Part shown: positions 35,449 through 48,924 of the stretch, piece by piece | How positions within the stretch are numbered: the first letter of the stretch is position 1 | Layout: every line of letters begins with the position of its first letter | NCBI GenBank assembly: GCA_038496445.1 | Contig: JALMLS010000185.1 | Span: 1 to 64,000 of the forward strand | Direction of reading: 5' to 3' | Length of the DNA stretch: 64,000 nucleotides | Source: Trichosphaerium sp. ATCC 40318 | Taxonomy: Eukaryota > Protista > Tubulinea | The notes under the pieces: generated by a model | The model's input: the letters and a program-made list of their open reading frames with translations, nothing else | Database searches by the model: none | Told to the model about the DNA's origin: nothing | Program-made: the position numbers and the translations under genes

Positions 35449-38400
35449 ATGAGATTATCTTTGGCTACCTTAGTCTGCTTGATTGCTTTGATTCAAATCT
35501 CGTTGTCCCTCAGTGTAGGAGAAGAAACATTCTTTCAGGAGTTCTTTAATTCATTAGAAAATCCCCACATCAACATAACTAAAGCGATAGAGGACGTATG
35601 TTTAATTTTAGAGAAAATTTAATTCTAAATTTATTCGCTTTCTTTCATTTTCTTTTTTGCTCTCGTTTAGTCCTTTACCGCGAACTAACACGTGTTGTCA
35701 ATAGCCTTGTTCTCAAGACCTCATTGTTGATTGTAAAAGTGGTAGCGTAGAAGGGTTGTAAGTGGACTTTCTTGTTCGGAAAATACATTCTCCGTTTACC
35801 TTCTTTTATTTTTTTTCTTTTGGTTAACCAACTTGAATGTTTAGGAGTATTACAGCTAACATAACTGGAATTATACCTGCAAGTATCAGAGAATTACGTA
35901 GCCTAGAAACACTGTACGAACCATGGCCTTAAAAGCAAGAAAACCACTTACGCTTATAACTTAGGGAGGTTTCCGGCGCGTCTATATCGAACGATTTTTT
36001 GGAGCTATTATGCCCTTTGAACAATATTAGTAAATTGTACGGTTTTTTTGAGAATCACGTTCTTGTCACGTGTTGTAAAAAACAATACGCTAAAAAATAG
36101 TAGGTTTATTGACTCCTCAGGTCGGACGAGCATAATTCCAGAGTGTATCGGTAACATGACAAGCCTATCAAAACTGTAAGAAGGCTTTCTAACTAAAAAT
36201 TTTGTTTTCTTGTTACGTACACACTGGGATTCTAATATCTTCTATGTAGTATTATACATGGTGAGTTACATGGTGAAATACCTGAAAGTATCGGAAATTT
36301 GAGAGAGCTAACAACGCTGTATGATAGTGACAAAAGACAACGTTTTCTGAAACTTTTTTTTTCTTTAGGGATTTGTCCTTTAATGATCTAACTGGGGATT
36401 TACCTGATAGTATGGAAAATCTAACTAGCTTGATTGTTTTGTATGCTATTGTTTATTTATAATGTGGTTAACTTCGTCAAGGAACCTAAGAGGAAATATT
36501 GATTTAGATGGTGAATTGCCTGAAGAATTTTACGAACAACTTAGTACATTGTACGTGTTTTTTTACAATAGAAAGTACTATGTGATGCTAAATATCGTAC
36601 TCAAAGGAATATCACTGATACTGGGATATCATTTGATGCGGACAAGATCGATAATACCTCCCAAATCACCACATTGTACGTTTTTTCGATGTCAAAAAAA
36701 AAATGGTCTCATGTATTTTAACTTAGGGCCTTCGATACTGATGAGTCATCCATTGATGAAGAAATATTCGATTTAGCTTCTTTACAAGAATTGTAAGTCA
36801 CGTGCTCTTTGACCGTGATTTTTACTAAAGCAATCTCGTACAGGCATATTTCTGGAAGTTCTTTAACTGGCGCTATTCCTATAGGTTTTCAACGCCTCCA
36901 GAATCTTCATACTCTGTACGCAGCTCTACTTAAATGTGTTTATTTAACTAGATGATAAGGGAAATATCATACACTCAAATGGGCGGAGTTATACCTGGTT
37001 GGCTCTTCGAAATGCCAAAGCTATCAACTTTGTATGAAAACATTTTTGGTTGTTGATATTGACCTTTCTCATAGGATTCTCAATGACAACAAGTTTATTG
37101 CTATTGGACAATTTGATCCTACTCAAGAAAGAAAGCTTGTGCTGTATGTAACAATCTAAAAAGCAATTACTTACGGTGTTGTTTAGGGATCTAAGCTCAA
37201 ATAATATTTTATCACGTGTTCTTGATTTTAGCGACTTTGCGCACATGTATGTTTTCTCTTTTTCTTCGCTGCTGTTTCGTTTTTTTATTGACCTCATGTA
37301 GAGATATTTCAGATAACAGGTTCTTTGGTTGGTTACCAGCAAATATGTTGTCATGGCATGCTACGTATATGTAAGAAGAAACGTTCCAGACGGGTTTTTG
37401 TTAACACTTTTTTTTTCTTTAGAGATGTTTCAAGGAATAGTCTTATTGGACTTGTTCGTTCACTGCCTGATGCTATTGAACAACTGTAAGAGTCATACAC
37501 CGTGATACCAATAACTTATCGATATAATAGAGACATTAGCGACAATAAATTTTGGGGTGAGATGTCTCAAATGCTTGGCAGAGTAAAACACTTGTATGAA
37601 AAAGTTTTGTTTTTTGAATGCAACATTTTTGCTCACGCTCTCTAAACGTTTTTCGCTACTATCCATACTTAAAAAGAGTAAATATACTTATGATTATAAA
37701 TAGGGATATTGCAAACAATAGCTTTTGGTGTCCAGAAGTGAGAGTTCTATCGAAAACACATGAGACTTGGTAACCATCAATCTTTTTAAAGTTGTCACTA
37801 ATTTTTGAATAAGCAACTATTCTGGAAATTGGCTTTGTGATTGTGCTGCATCCCATACACAGTGTAAAACTTATGATTGTAATAATGGATCCGTTCCAAT
37901 TGACGGAACTGTACATGTTGAAGAAGAACACTACGCTATAGGCGACTACCTTGTTACTGGTATGTGGAACTTTTTGGTGTCTTTAAATCCTTTCTTTGTG
38001 CGATCACGTGATTCGTTTCAAACACCATACTTACCTTCAAACTAACAATTCATTACAAAGGTAACTGGACGATGAAGCCTACATCTAATCTTACTGTTGA
38101 AGCTGGTACTACAATCCAAGTAGTCAGCTGTGAAACAGCAAATTTAGACGGAAATATTACAATTACTGGAAATGTTACTAAGGATGTTGTACTCCAGCTT
38201 GATACTGGATGTGACGTTCAAATATCTGAGGCCCTTACTATAACTGAAGCAAGCACTGGCTGTGCTCTAGAAGTAGCAGCAAAAAGTACGCACAACGACT
38301 GGGCGTTTTTTTCGTTTTTTTCCTAGCAGTGTTTTTGATGTTTGATCTTCAGGTTCACGCCATATCAGTGTTTTTGGACTATCTGAAGGAAATTGTGGAA

Positions 38401-38618
38401 GTGATACATCAGAAGAAGAGCCTAATTATATGATCATTATAATTTGTGTAGCTATCGGTGTGGTCGTGATAATCGTGATCATTATCATCATTGTTGTAGT
38501 TAAAGTCAAGGCAGTGTCGAATTTTGTTTATCCTTTCAAAAGAAGGAAGAGAAGAACCGGAACGCTTAATGTAGTATCTACAAATACTGGCTCTAAAGTA
38601 AGAGTGGAAACATTGTAA
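35449..38618 (+). CDS. LRR receptor-like type I membrane protein (no kinase)
   Basis: Signal peptide; about 20 short exons each with one plant-type LRR (GEIPESIGNLRELTTL, DLSFNDLTGDLPDSMENLTSL); Cys-rich and beta-rich juxtamembrane region; TM IIIICVAIGVVVIIVIIIIIVVV; short basic tail. Confidence 0.85.
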
Positions 38619-39058
38619 AAACGTGATATTATTTTTTTTCTTATCAGCGTAGTATTCATAAAGAATTGTACAATAAAACACAAAAATTGAAGTAAGCATT
38701 TGTTACATTCGGCAACGTTACAAACTCCCAGCTAGGTTGTCTTAACTTGTAATTGTACCTTAACATCAGTCTTACATTCCTTGCGTCTTCCAAGCAATCG
38801 CAGTTATGATGTTACAGAGTAGGTCTCATGAGACGACACGTTTGAATAAACATAAAAAAAAAAGAAGAAAAACGTGTTTGAAGACACAAATGGGCAAATA
38901 TGGCCAAAAATTTGTTTTCCCTTTTTCTTACTTTGTTCTTATGTAATATTGATTGTCTGTTGTGTGCACTAGTAGTTATAAAAAAACTGTGTAGCGCAAT
39001 GTTCTGCCAGGGTATTCCAGGGATTCAACATCACATTCGCTCTTAGATAACGCACATA

Positions 39059-41756
39059 ATGTATCAAGTCAATACATCTCATTGGTCAGCAGTAACAGGC
39101 GCTATACAAGCAGATAAGGCAAGCTTAAAGGCCAAAAACAAACGAAAACCGAAAAACAATTCTTACGTTTACAGGTGTTTGTTGGAGGACCACAAGGACA
39201 ACATAAATGGGCGATACGTAGCGATAACTCGGTTTGGTACTCAATTGGCGGCATGAACAATTGGCAGCCTGTCACAGGGCGTTGTACATGGCTAGGCGTT
39301 GGTCGTATGGGTAGCGTATACGCTATAGATCATAATGGCTCCCTTTTTAAGTGGAATGGCCAGAGATTCCACCAAGCTGTCTTCAGCAACCAACCATGCC
39401 TCAGGAAGATTGCTGTTGCGTCGTCTAACCAAATTGTGGTACGTTGCGATTCAAATAACGGTTTTTCTCTACAAAACACTTTCTAATGGCCTCAACGCAC
39501 AGGGATTAGACCTATCAGACAATATATACCGTTTACAAGGTTCACAATGGGTTAAACTGCCTGGTTTGTGTAGGGATATTTCTATTGGCGTAGATGGTAC
39601 CATGTGGTGCGTTGAGAGTTGCTTTTAACAAGACTGAAACGTTTTCGGTTTTTATATCCAAAAAACCCAAACAAAGACATTTGCTGATTTATTCCTTCTT
39701 TTTTAAGGTGTTGTAATCGTACTATGGAGATCTATCGATGGACACCATCTAAGAACAATTGGACTAAAAAACCAGGATTGTGTCTCCAAGTACGTTCCTC
39801 CTCTCGCTGTTTATTACTAGGTTATTCTAAATGGCTATTTTAGGTATCAGTAGGTGATGCAAACCACGTCATGTGTCGTAACCAAGCCAACGAAGTACGA
39901 CTTTTTTTCCATTTTTTCTGAACGCTCAACGAGCTTGGTTTTTGTTAAAAGTCACGTGTTGTGGAAGCTATCAACGTTATTAACTTCTACACTACCGTTT
40001 GTAAAGTATAAAGTGTTCGGAGTGAGACAAAGGAGCCAACGGTTTGCGCCTGTAATCGAACTCCTTTTTGAACCTTTGCGCAATGCTGACGCTGTTTTTG
40101 TCCACGTGATTTTTGTGTATTAATTTTTTCAACAGGTTTATGCTTGGAATGAAAGAAAGGGTAACTGGGATAAACAAAGTAACCTTTCTGATGCTGGACA
40201 TATATCCGTTACACATGAAGGAATTTTATATGGAGCAAAAACCTCTGGTGTTATGATGTGTGGTAGTCTAACTCCTGGTATGCCAATTTTTGAACTTGTA
40301 TTTATCTTCGCAAGATATTTTTTCGTTTGAGTACTAACCAAATTTCAGGTAACAGGCATGGTGGCCATGGTCATGGACATGGACATAGTCACGGAGGTAA
40401 ACCTGGTCAATGTACTTTCTTGAAGACAGGATTCGATTTTAAACATCAGAGTTGGTAAGGGTTATTCTGGGTTTTTTCTTCTTGTTGACTGTTATGTATT
40501 AGGTACAACTGTATCACTTGTGGTATCGTTGGAAACTCAGGAATATGTCAAGGTTGTGCTGACACTGAGCATATGGGACATCAACTTGGGCCTAGGCGTA
40601 CAAGGTACGAAGTTCTTTGGTTGTTTTTTTCCTCGATTAACAGATGTTTAGTAACTTTTTCTGTGATTGTGCAGCTGCCGGAACTTGTAACAGATGTTAT
40701 AATACAGCAATAGTATCAAGCACTAAAAATGGACAATGCACATTCAAAGCTACAGGAACCGTAGGCACAAGACAACTTATGTATGTATCAGTGTAACGTT
40801 TTTTTTTGTTTCTCTTACTTAATCTTCAAGGTACCATTGTCACACGTGTAGCCTAACTGGAAACCTTGGATGTTGTTCAGTATGCGCAAAGACTTGTCAT
40901 GCGGGACATGCACTATCCAAACCAAAACTATCGTACGAAGTTTAGAAACAACAGATTTTTTGCAATGAAAGCTAACAAAAAATAATAGGCAGAATTTTTA
41001 CTGCGATTGCTCTGTTTATGGCAAGTGTATGCAAGCCGGTCCGGTGTACCCTGGCGGAAACCCAGTTCCTGGTTACCCAGGATCTCATATGCAGCCACCA
41101 CCGCGTCCAATGCAGCCAAACCCAATGCCAAGTTATCCAATGTATCCACAAGTAAACCCGATGCCTGTTCCATGTCAGGTTCCTAGCGCTGTTGCGTACC
41201 CTTCTGGATGTCCAAAATGCCATGGTAAAGGAGGTATGGGCACTTTTGGTCCTTGTTCACGTGGTGATATCCACTACAAGAGACCTTGTCCTACTTGCGA
41301 TGGAAATGGCGCTACAACGCTAACTCAGATTTGTATTAAATGCAATGGTCAAGGTACAATTTTTCTCCGACTTCGAATGTCGTACTAATTGCTTGTACAG
41401 GCGGTATGGGTACCTTTGGACCTTGTGAAATCAAGTCTGTTCACTTTAAGCGTATGCGAAAGGAATACAAATATCACATGTTGATTCTATTTAGGTAACT
41501 GCGAATTATGTCAAGGTAGATGCTACTTTTTGCCTGGTACGTACCATGTTAAGTGCACAATTTGCAACGGTATGGGCGGAAGAGGAACATTCGGACCTTG
41601 CTCAGTTGGTGATGTTCATTATAAGGGTAGATGTCAATCTTGCCGTGGAATAGGTAAATAACAAAACGTTTCCCAACGATTTTTTTGTAAAAACTTTTCT
41701 TTTGTTTTCCTTTTGTCTAACGTAGTTTTGTTCTCCGTTTAGGTTATCGCTCTTAA
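39059..41756 (+). CDS. Tectonin beta-propeller + two UBR-box-like Zn fingers + Pro-rich linker + CxxCxGxG Zn repeats
   Basis: W..lpG.l.qISVG..G.vW blades; CTF..TG....Q..Y.C.TC......C..CA...H.GH......F.CDC twice; three CxxCxGxGGxGTFGPC...H(Y/F)K..CxxCxG units. Confidence 0.8.
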
Positions 41757-42466
41757 TCACGATACAGAGAATTGACGTATATGTCTATTACTTCATATGT
41801 CCTTAGTTTAACCATAGCATATGTCTCTATAATAAACACATAATATTCCTTACACATGTCTTTTAGTTTTGACTTTAAAAAACGTAAATAAGCGAAACAG
41901 TTAATGTTCTAGTGTAGAACCTACTTGTACTTTTTTATGCCTTTTTTATTAGTATGTTCAGTGCACATGTTGAGTGTTGGAGTTTGTTATCATAATAAGT
42001 ATGACGCGTTTTTCTGCAAAGTATTGTGCGCAGAAACTATTAAAAATAGAAACTTCCACCGGATTGTTGCTATCATTAAATCCTTGTGTCACTGTCACGT
42101 GATACCTACGAATGTTTTTCGTTCTTGGCCCAACTACTATCGGAGATGTTATCATCATCTTGAGAGCCATAAGGAATGAGATTATTTCTTTATACCATAA
42201 CATAAAGAGGTTTGAACAAAAATCGTTTCCTGGGAATGGAATTGACATCAACAAAATCTGCGGAGCTTTCGTTTTATGAAGCTTTGTCTTTTGGTTCGCG
42301 TATACACTGACGTCCTAATAGATATAAGCTCCGCTTGAAAGTATTCGGAGATTCCTATTGAACAAAAGCACACGTGCGGAAGTAGAATAGAATTCAATTC
42401 AATTGTCCCGTATCTCCTGTGGAGTTTTAGATCTTATTTTACAAATAAATCCGACAAGTTAACAAC

Positions 42467-42931
42467 ATGTCTTCAATTGAAGTATTCTTCGCAAACAAGA
42501 AGGCAGAAGGCCCTGGATACCGAACAGTAGCCTTCACTATACCACGGAAATCAACAGACCGTCTAGAAGCGATAATAAACAGCTTCATTTCCTGCGCAAA
42601 CTCGAAGGGATTTTATTTTCCTCTTCCTAAAAACAGAGTTATAGTCACGTGTAACGGATACCTAAAAGAGAGCACAAGACCAAAGGACATACCCAAAATA
42701 TGCAATTATATCATCATATTTCCCAGAGGTTACGACACCGAGTTGGTTACGAATGCACTGAGTTATTTAACGACGACAGAGAAGAGAAATAAGGATAAGA
42801 AACGATGGCTTAAAAAAGTACCTTCGACTTTGATTAGTGTCCCAAAAAGGATCATGAGGACAAAGACTGCTTCGAATTTGCATATAAGACGTAAGAAGAT
42901 GAAAAAGACACAAAGCAGACATATATTCTAA
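42467..42931 (+). CDS. Hypothetical intronless protein (154 aa) with basic C-terminus
   Basis: ATG-initiated ORF with protein-like composition; no recognised domain. Confidence 0.55.
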   Translation: MSSIEVFFANKKAEGPGYRTVAFTIPRKSTDRLEAIINSFISCANSKGFYFPLPKNRVIVTCNGYLKESTRPKDIPKICNYIIIFPRGYDTELVTNALSYLTTTEKRNKDKKRWLKKVPSTLISVPKRIMRTKTASNLHIRRKKMKKTQSRHIF

Positions 42932-43205
42932 GTACATATTCCGTGGCAAGAAAGGGAAAAACAAGTTATTTACTCAAAAAAAAGAAACACCCTTGTACAT
43001 TTGTATCATAAAAAAAAGAATAAAAACTTAAGCTCCTACTGCCATACCCGCGTATACTGTTCCTTTCGTTTGTTTTCTTCGGTCTTGTGCCTGTCCAAGA
43101 ATCGGAGGTGTAGGCTTAGCGACTTGTTGTTTAAGTCAGTTGGACTTTTTTGGTAAAATTGTACACTCACGTGTGTTTGTTGTAAAGGGAACAAAGTGCG
43201 TTTAT

Positions 43206-44392
43206 ATGCAGGCTCAGAAATTAAAAATACTCGTTATTGGACCGGCTGGAACGGGAAAGACAAGTATTATATCAAGATATGTCAGAGACGGTTTCTCCAA
43301 AGGCTATAAAACAACGGTAAGCTTTACAATTTCCAAAAAGACGAAAAAAAAATAATTGTAAGACATTTCTTACTACTCCCTTTTTTACGCTTGTCACGTG
43401 ATTGTCACGTTTCGTTATAAGCCTTTTACATTGTTTTATCCTTTCAAAACGTTATTTGTTCCAATTGACGCTTATAACAAGATTGGCGTTGATTACGCGG
43501 TTAAATCTGTCATGCTTTGTAATACAGAGGTTACGCTTCAGTTGTGGGTGAGTATGATCAATCTCTGTGGGAAGTCATTAAATTTCGCTAGGATATTGCT
43601 GGTCAGGAGCGTTTTGAATCAATGATGCGTGTAAGCATAGTCACGTGCGACTACGTAACTGTGACGTGGTCGCTTTTTTTTTTACTGAAAAACAATTGAA
43701 GTTTACTCTTTTCTTTGTTCACTTAGGTATATTACAATAGAGCTGCTGGTGCTGTGGTTGTCACAGATGTCACAAATGCTTCAACACTTGCTTCAGCCCG
43801 AAAGTGGAAAGCAGATCTCGATACAAAACTGGTTAATCCAGCAACACAAGCTGGTGTTCCGAGTATTTTATTACTAAATAAGGTACAACTTTTCGTTCTT
43901 TATTCTTAACTTTCTTTGCACAATACGCAACGAGTAAACCATTTTTTACGACACATCCAATATTAGAAAACATATTCTTGATGAGTTTTGATTTGTACGA
44001 AAAGGCACAAACAACGGAAGCTTCACGTGTTTTTTGGGTTTTTTGAAAAAAGCGACATAATTAGTTTTCGTTGTTGATTGTGTTGACTCTTTGTGTTTGA
44101 GGTTGATCTACTGGATGATAAGAAACCAGATAGTGTAACAGCAACTCTTATGGAAGATTTTTGTCTCAATAACGGCTTCTCTAAGTGGTTTGCAACTTCA
44201 GCAAAGGATAATATAAATATAAGGGAATCTTTAGAGTTTCTAGCAAAGGAAATCTTAATGCATCAAGGTTTCAATACAAAGAAAAATACAAAAGATGACG
44301 ATACGATACATATAGAAAAAAATACAAGTGATTTTGAAACAAGTGATAATAACACGAGCGGATGCTGTGGATCAAAAGGAGATGTAAAATAA
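43206..44392 (+). CDS. Rab32/38/29-like GTPase
   Basis: GPAGTGKTS, TT/IGVDY, subfamily-diagnostic W/DIAGQERF, KWKADLD, LLNK/VDL, WFATSAKDNINI; ends GCCGSKGDVK*. Confidence 0.9.
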
Positions 44393-45877
44393 ATAACAAA
44401 ATAAAAATAAAAAAAAATTCTTTGTTTGGAACAACTTTACTTACTTGTTGCGTACTTCTTTCGCTCGCACATGTGCCTGGGAGTGTACTGGCATGATTGT
44501 ATTGGTGTATATTAAAAAAAGTCACGTTTAACAATAATCATCCGAAAAGCACCACACGTGGTACTTGTTGTTCTCACGTGTTGATAGAACGTTAATATTC
44601 TAATGCAAATCACACTTCGTCAGCAGCGCTAGTGCTGTCTAATATGCTGGTACCTCCCCCTTGCTACAGTAACAATGATAAATAGGGTCTAAGAAGTTTC
44701 TAATTGGCTAACGGATATTACGTGACGTGGTAGCGTCGTATTAAGTGTCGAGTAAACATACCAATAACATGGACTATGCGGCGCTATGAGCACATCTTTT
44801 TGTACGTTGAATACAGCGACATCATTAACAACACTGAAAGTTCACCTAAGAGATCCTAGTAGGCCTTGTCGCGAAAAAGTGAAAAGTAAACAAACCCCAA
44901 TAGTTTTTCTGTTGCTAAATCCCATTGGAAATGTCAAAGTTTTTGACGTTTTGGTTTCAAAAGAATTCCGGATACATTATAAACGTCTTGTTTTGCTACA
45001 CTAATCATAATATCTGATCGGATGGCTTCAAATAAAATGCTAAGGTTAAAACCAAAGGGGAGACTAGTCAAGGTATTCAAAGAACTGTTTGTAACCGTCG
45101 TATGTATAAGTTGTTTAACACACGTGTTATTTCTAATTACAGATTTTGTCACCGCTCTATTCCCAAAATATCTGTAGTATTAGAGTACTGATTGCTAAGT
45201 TCTAGTATTGTTATGATGGTGCGATAAGATTTCTTGGCCTATCTCCATGCTTCAGCTCGAACTGTACCGGAAATACTTCCCGGCTCATCACACGTGATAC
45301 TTTGTTCTAACCAGCCTATTTAAATTGTCGAACTGCGATTTACAATGACGAAATAACTGAATGCTACAAATATCACTACCACAAAGTATTATCAATGACA
45401 AACATAGAAACGGGAGTAATCTGAAGTACCAGGTGTTCGTAATATTGTTTTATATTTTTTCGGACATACTTGAATACAACGCACACATGTGTTTCGAACA
45501 AGCAAGGCCTCAAATTTTGTTTTAGGTTCTAGCCTTTACAAAGGTTGTACTTGCCATCATCGGTTTTTTGTGCGTTCTTCATGTAACACATTGCAATCTC
45601 CTATTATTTTGTAAAAAAAAGTTCTGTTGGCAACAAATTGCTTTAGTTTAGAAAACAAAGCCCTCGTTTTCTCTCTTTGGCCTTATTTTGTGAAACGCAC
45701 GTTTAACTTGAAGCCCTTCCACAACGTTTTTAACGCGTCGAGGTACTTAAAATACATGTTATTGAGCGTAGCGCTATGTAGATGACCACCTAACTTACAG
45801 GTCTGTAGCGTTTGAAAAAAAAAGACAAAACTACAAAGACCTTCAAATAACAATCTTATTATTCTATAAGCACTGAC

Positions 45878-47254
45878 ATGTGTATGCAAACAACAGTAGA
45901 GGTAATTCATATTTTACTATCACGTGGCATTTCTTGCTCTCTGTACAGTACAGTAAATTTACCTTACTGGGTTTTTGTAGGAGGCATCAACAGCTGCTGT
46001 TTTATTGCAGTTAGCCAAACGTGATACGATCGCAAATGAGTTTCCGTCTCTCCCTACAGACCTTCGTGATCCCACACAAGATAGCTACACTTCGAGAGCA
46101 GGCGAAACAAATAAAAGAGCAAGCAGTAGAAGGATGAGCAAGCGCAAGGCAGCAAGTAAAAGCGAGAACGTGGTCGTTAAAAAGATAGACTTCAATATTG
46201 AAAAGGTTGCTTATTCTGTGTTTGCAATGAAGAATGGAAGACCCGACACTAAACAGTACGTATTATGATTCATTTTAGACACTTTAGAAAATGTTACACA
46301 AGCGCCAATTGAAACGAACAAGCGTGCTGAGTGAAGTAACAGCTTTCAAACAAAGATACATTTTATGGCCAAATAAAATATTGTCGAAAGGAAAATAGTT
46401 CACACCGTTTAAACATAAGTACGCTGTTTCGTTGACTCTTTCTATTTTAGCTTTAAACAATATGACGTGAAAGAATTGATGAATAGAGAAGCCTATGATG
46501 AAGGTATGGATGGCGCTTTTTGTATCAACATGGGACTTGTTGGTACTATTCTACATCGACGAGTGTTATTTTTCGAGCGATTTGCCAACCTAGAGTGCGT
46601 CTACAATCCTTTAAAAAAAATATTACGTAGTTCGTTAGTATCATTGCGCTTGAAAACATTATAAATTGGTTGTAGCGAAATGCCTGATTTTGATTTCAAA
46701 CGTGAATAAACTATGTTTTTGTTTTTAAACTTCAATCTTTTTTTGTTTTGTCGTTTGTAGTTCACTTTCCTCTAACACCTTCTTGTAGTGGATCTATTTA
46801 CCGCGTTGCTATTTATACCAAATCACGTGATAGTAAAAAGAACAAGTGGCAAGTCCTCAGTTGGCAAGATATGCGCGTATTTTCCCACAGAACAAAAAGA
46901 AAAAGGAGAGAACGAACAAAACCGAAATTGCTCGGAAAAAGAAGTTTACCAAACAATTTTCGTTTGAGCTCAATGGACTACCCTTCAAACCCTAATGATA
47001 CAAACAATCAACACTCACAGAAACGCGCAAGGAGATTACCACCACTTCAACCATTACTAAAACTGACACCACTACCACCACAAGCAAGACAACACAGCCA
47101 AACGGCGATAAGTGACAAGCGTAATTGTCTAGCGTTCAACAGAAGAATGAGGCTACCTCCCATTGAAGTATTGCCTCCATTATTAAAACTGCCATGTTCC
47201 AGACTTAGATGGAAACCGCTGAGGCATAGTGGGTCGCGTTTGAATGACTTGTAA
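45878..47254 (+). CDS. Putative transcription-factor-like protein, copy 1 (4 exons)
   Basis: Open spliced frame; beta-rich domain ending MRVFSH plus basic RTKRKRRER; AAVLLQLA and LPPL/LPPI motifs; exons conserved with copy 2 while introns diverge. Confidence 0.65.
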
Positions 47255-48924
47255 TCTTTTTCCAGATTTTTTTTGTATTTTTAACAAACACGTTGTACCA
47301 TGTTGGTGTAAAAACGTGTTGTAAAATTGGTGATGGTTTATTTTTTTATTTGAACACGTGATTTTGTATTTTAGAAATAAACAATGTAAAAATTAATATG
47401 TGTACATAACGACTATGTTCTTTTGATTTATTTTTGTACCTGAACACTGTCAATGCTGTTGCATTGTTCTACGTAGTTGTAATTGTTTCAAAGCTAAACT
47501 GTTAAGCCCTTTTGTTCCTTGAACGTAACAACGTTTCCGCAACCCTACGATAGCACCCAACCAAAAAATCTAGAATGTCAAAAAAGAAAAATGGAATATG
47601 ATGAAATCAACCTACGGAGAGAAGAAATTTGTGTTGCTTACACTTTACAACAACAAAACTATTCTCTATAAGAGTTCCTAGCAGATATGTAAATCAGTTG
47701 GGGCCGCTAAGGAATAAATTCGGCGGCTATTGTACCTTATACACCCACAATAGTATTGTTATTAACGCAGAACAATACCTGTTAGAATTTGTAGCATTTT
47801 TTGGTCAGCTATTGATGAACTTACTGTTGTTTTGGTCTCCATCACACCTACGTACAACACGTGGTGAACCTTTTTAAAAATCAGATTATGCACGATACCA
47901 GATTGTAAAAGACTACATTAAAATAAACACCATACTTCTAATTAACGACGCACCATAGCAAAAAACACGTTGGTTGATTTTTTCAATTACAAAATAAGAA
48001 TTAAGAAAACATGTCAAAACCCCTCGAAGAAATCTATCGTAAGCTTATGGAACAGCAAGTATTTAACTACGCATAGTATACCACGTGCACTTCGAAGAAT
48101 GTGTTAGAACCAGGAGGTCAATAATGCTTCAACAAACTTTTATTGAGCCAAATAGAATGAGTTCACATACGGTTCAGTAGCTCAACCCATGTCTTCAGAA
48201 ACGTCCTCGTTGTTTCTGCTAACCTAACACATAAGTTTACGTGATGTTAAGTACTGCATGTGCCGTAGTGGGCGTGATAATATTTCCTATCAATCTCCGA
48301 CCTTCGGCTAGTAAATGAGCCGGAAATATGTCCCTTCATACCACAATGATACTCTATTCTAACTAACGCACTTTGATCGGCCAAGAGCCATCACATACCA
48401 ATAACATCTATAAACATGATGAACATAACCTTCTCATCAAGTAAAACACTAAACTAGCGAAAAACTTGGAAGAAGTTCGATCAATATCTACCACTTTTGT
48501 ATTGGGATATTTAGATTGTCCCGAAGCACAAATCGCTCGTATATTGTAGGTTTGAACTGGGAAGAGTAATCATGATATTGTTCCAGTCGGTTTTTTTTTG
48601 TTAACGTACTTTTAATGTTTCGGCTCTCACAAACTTTGTGTACTTGCTATTCCCCCGACGTTATGATACACATTGCACGTGACTTTTGTTTATTTTGTAT
48701 TTGTAACAACAACAGAGCTCTTCTTTCGAAATCAAAGGAGACTCGGCCTCTTTTTGTGATACACAGAGCGAACAGTTTGATAGTTTAGTCAAAGTAGCTA
48801 GAGAGCACGTGAAATTCATTATTTTGAACGTAAGATGATGTAGAAAGGCGTGTTAACTAACTGGCCTTAGAAACAAAATAAAAAGGCTTCAAAAAACAAT
48901 CATATTGATCTTATAAGCACTAGC

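Noticed and set aside
44400-45800. Short ORFs here and in 47300-48900 and 41800-42400
   Set aside because: No recognisable domains or consistent splice models; treated as intergenic or decayed sequence
48171-48240. ggttcagtagctca resembles a tRNA 5' end/A-box
   Set aside because: No T-arm GTTC motif or complementary acceptor stem at the expected distance
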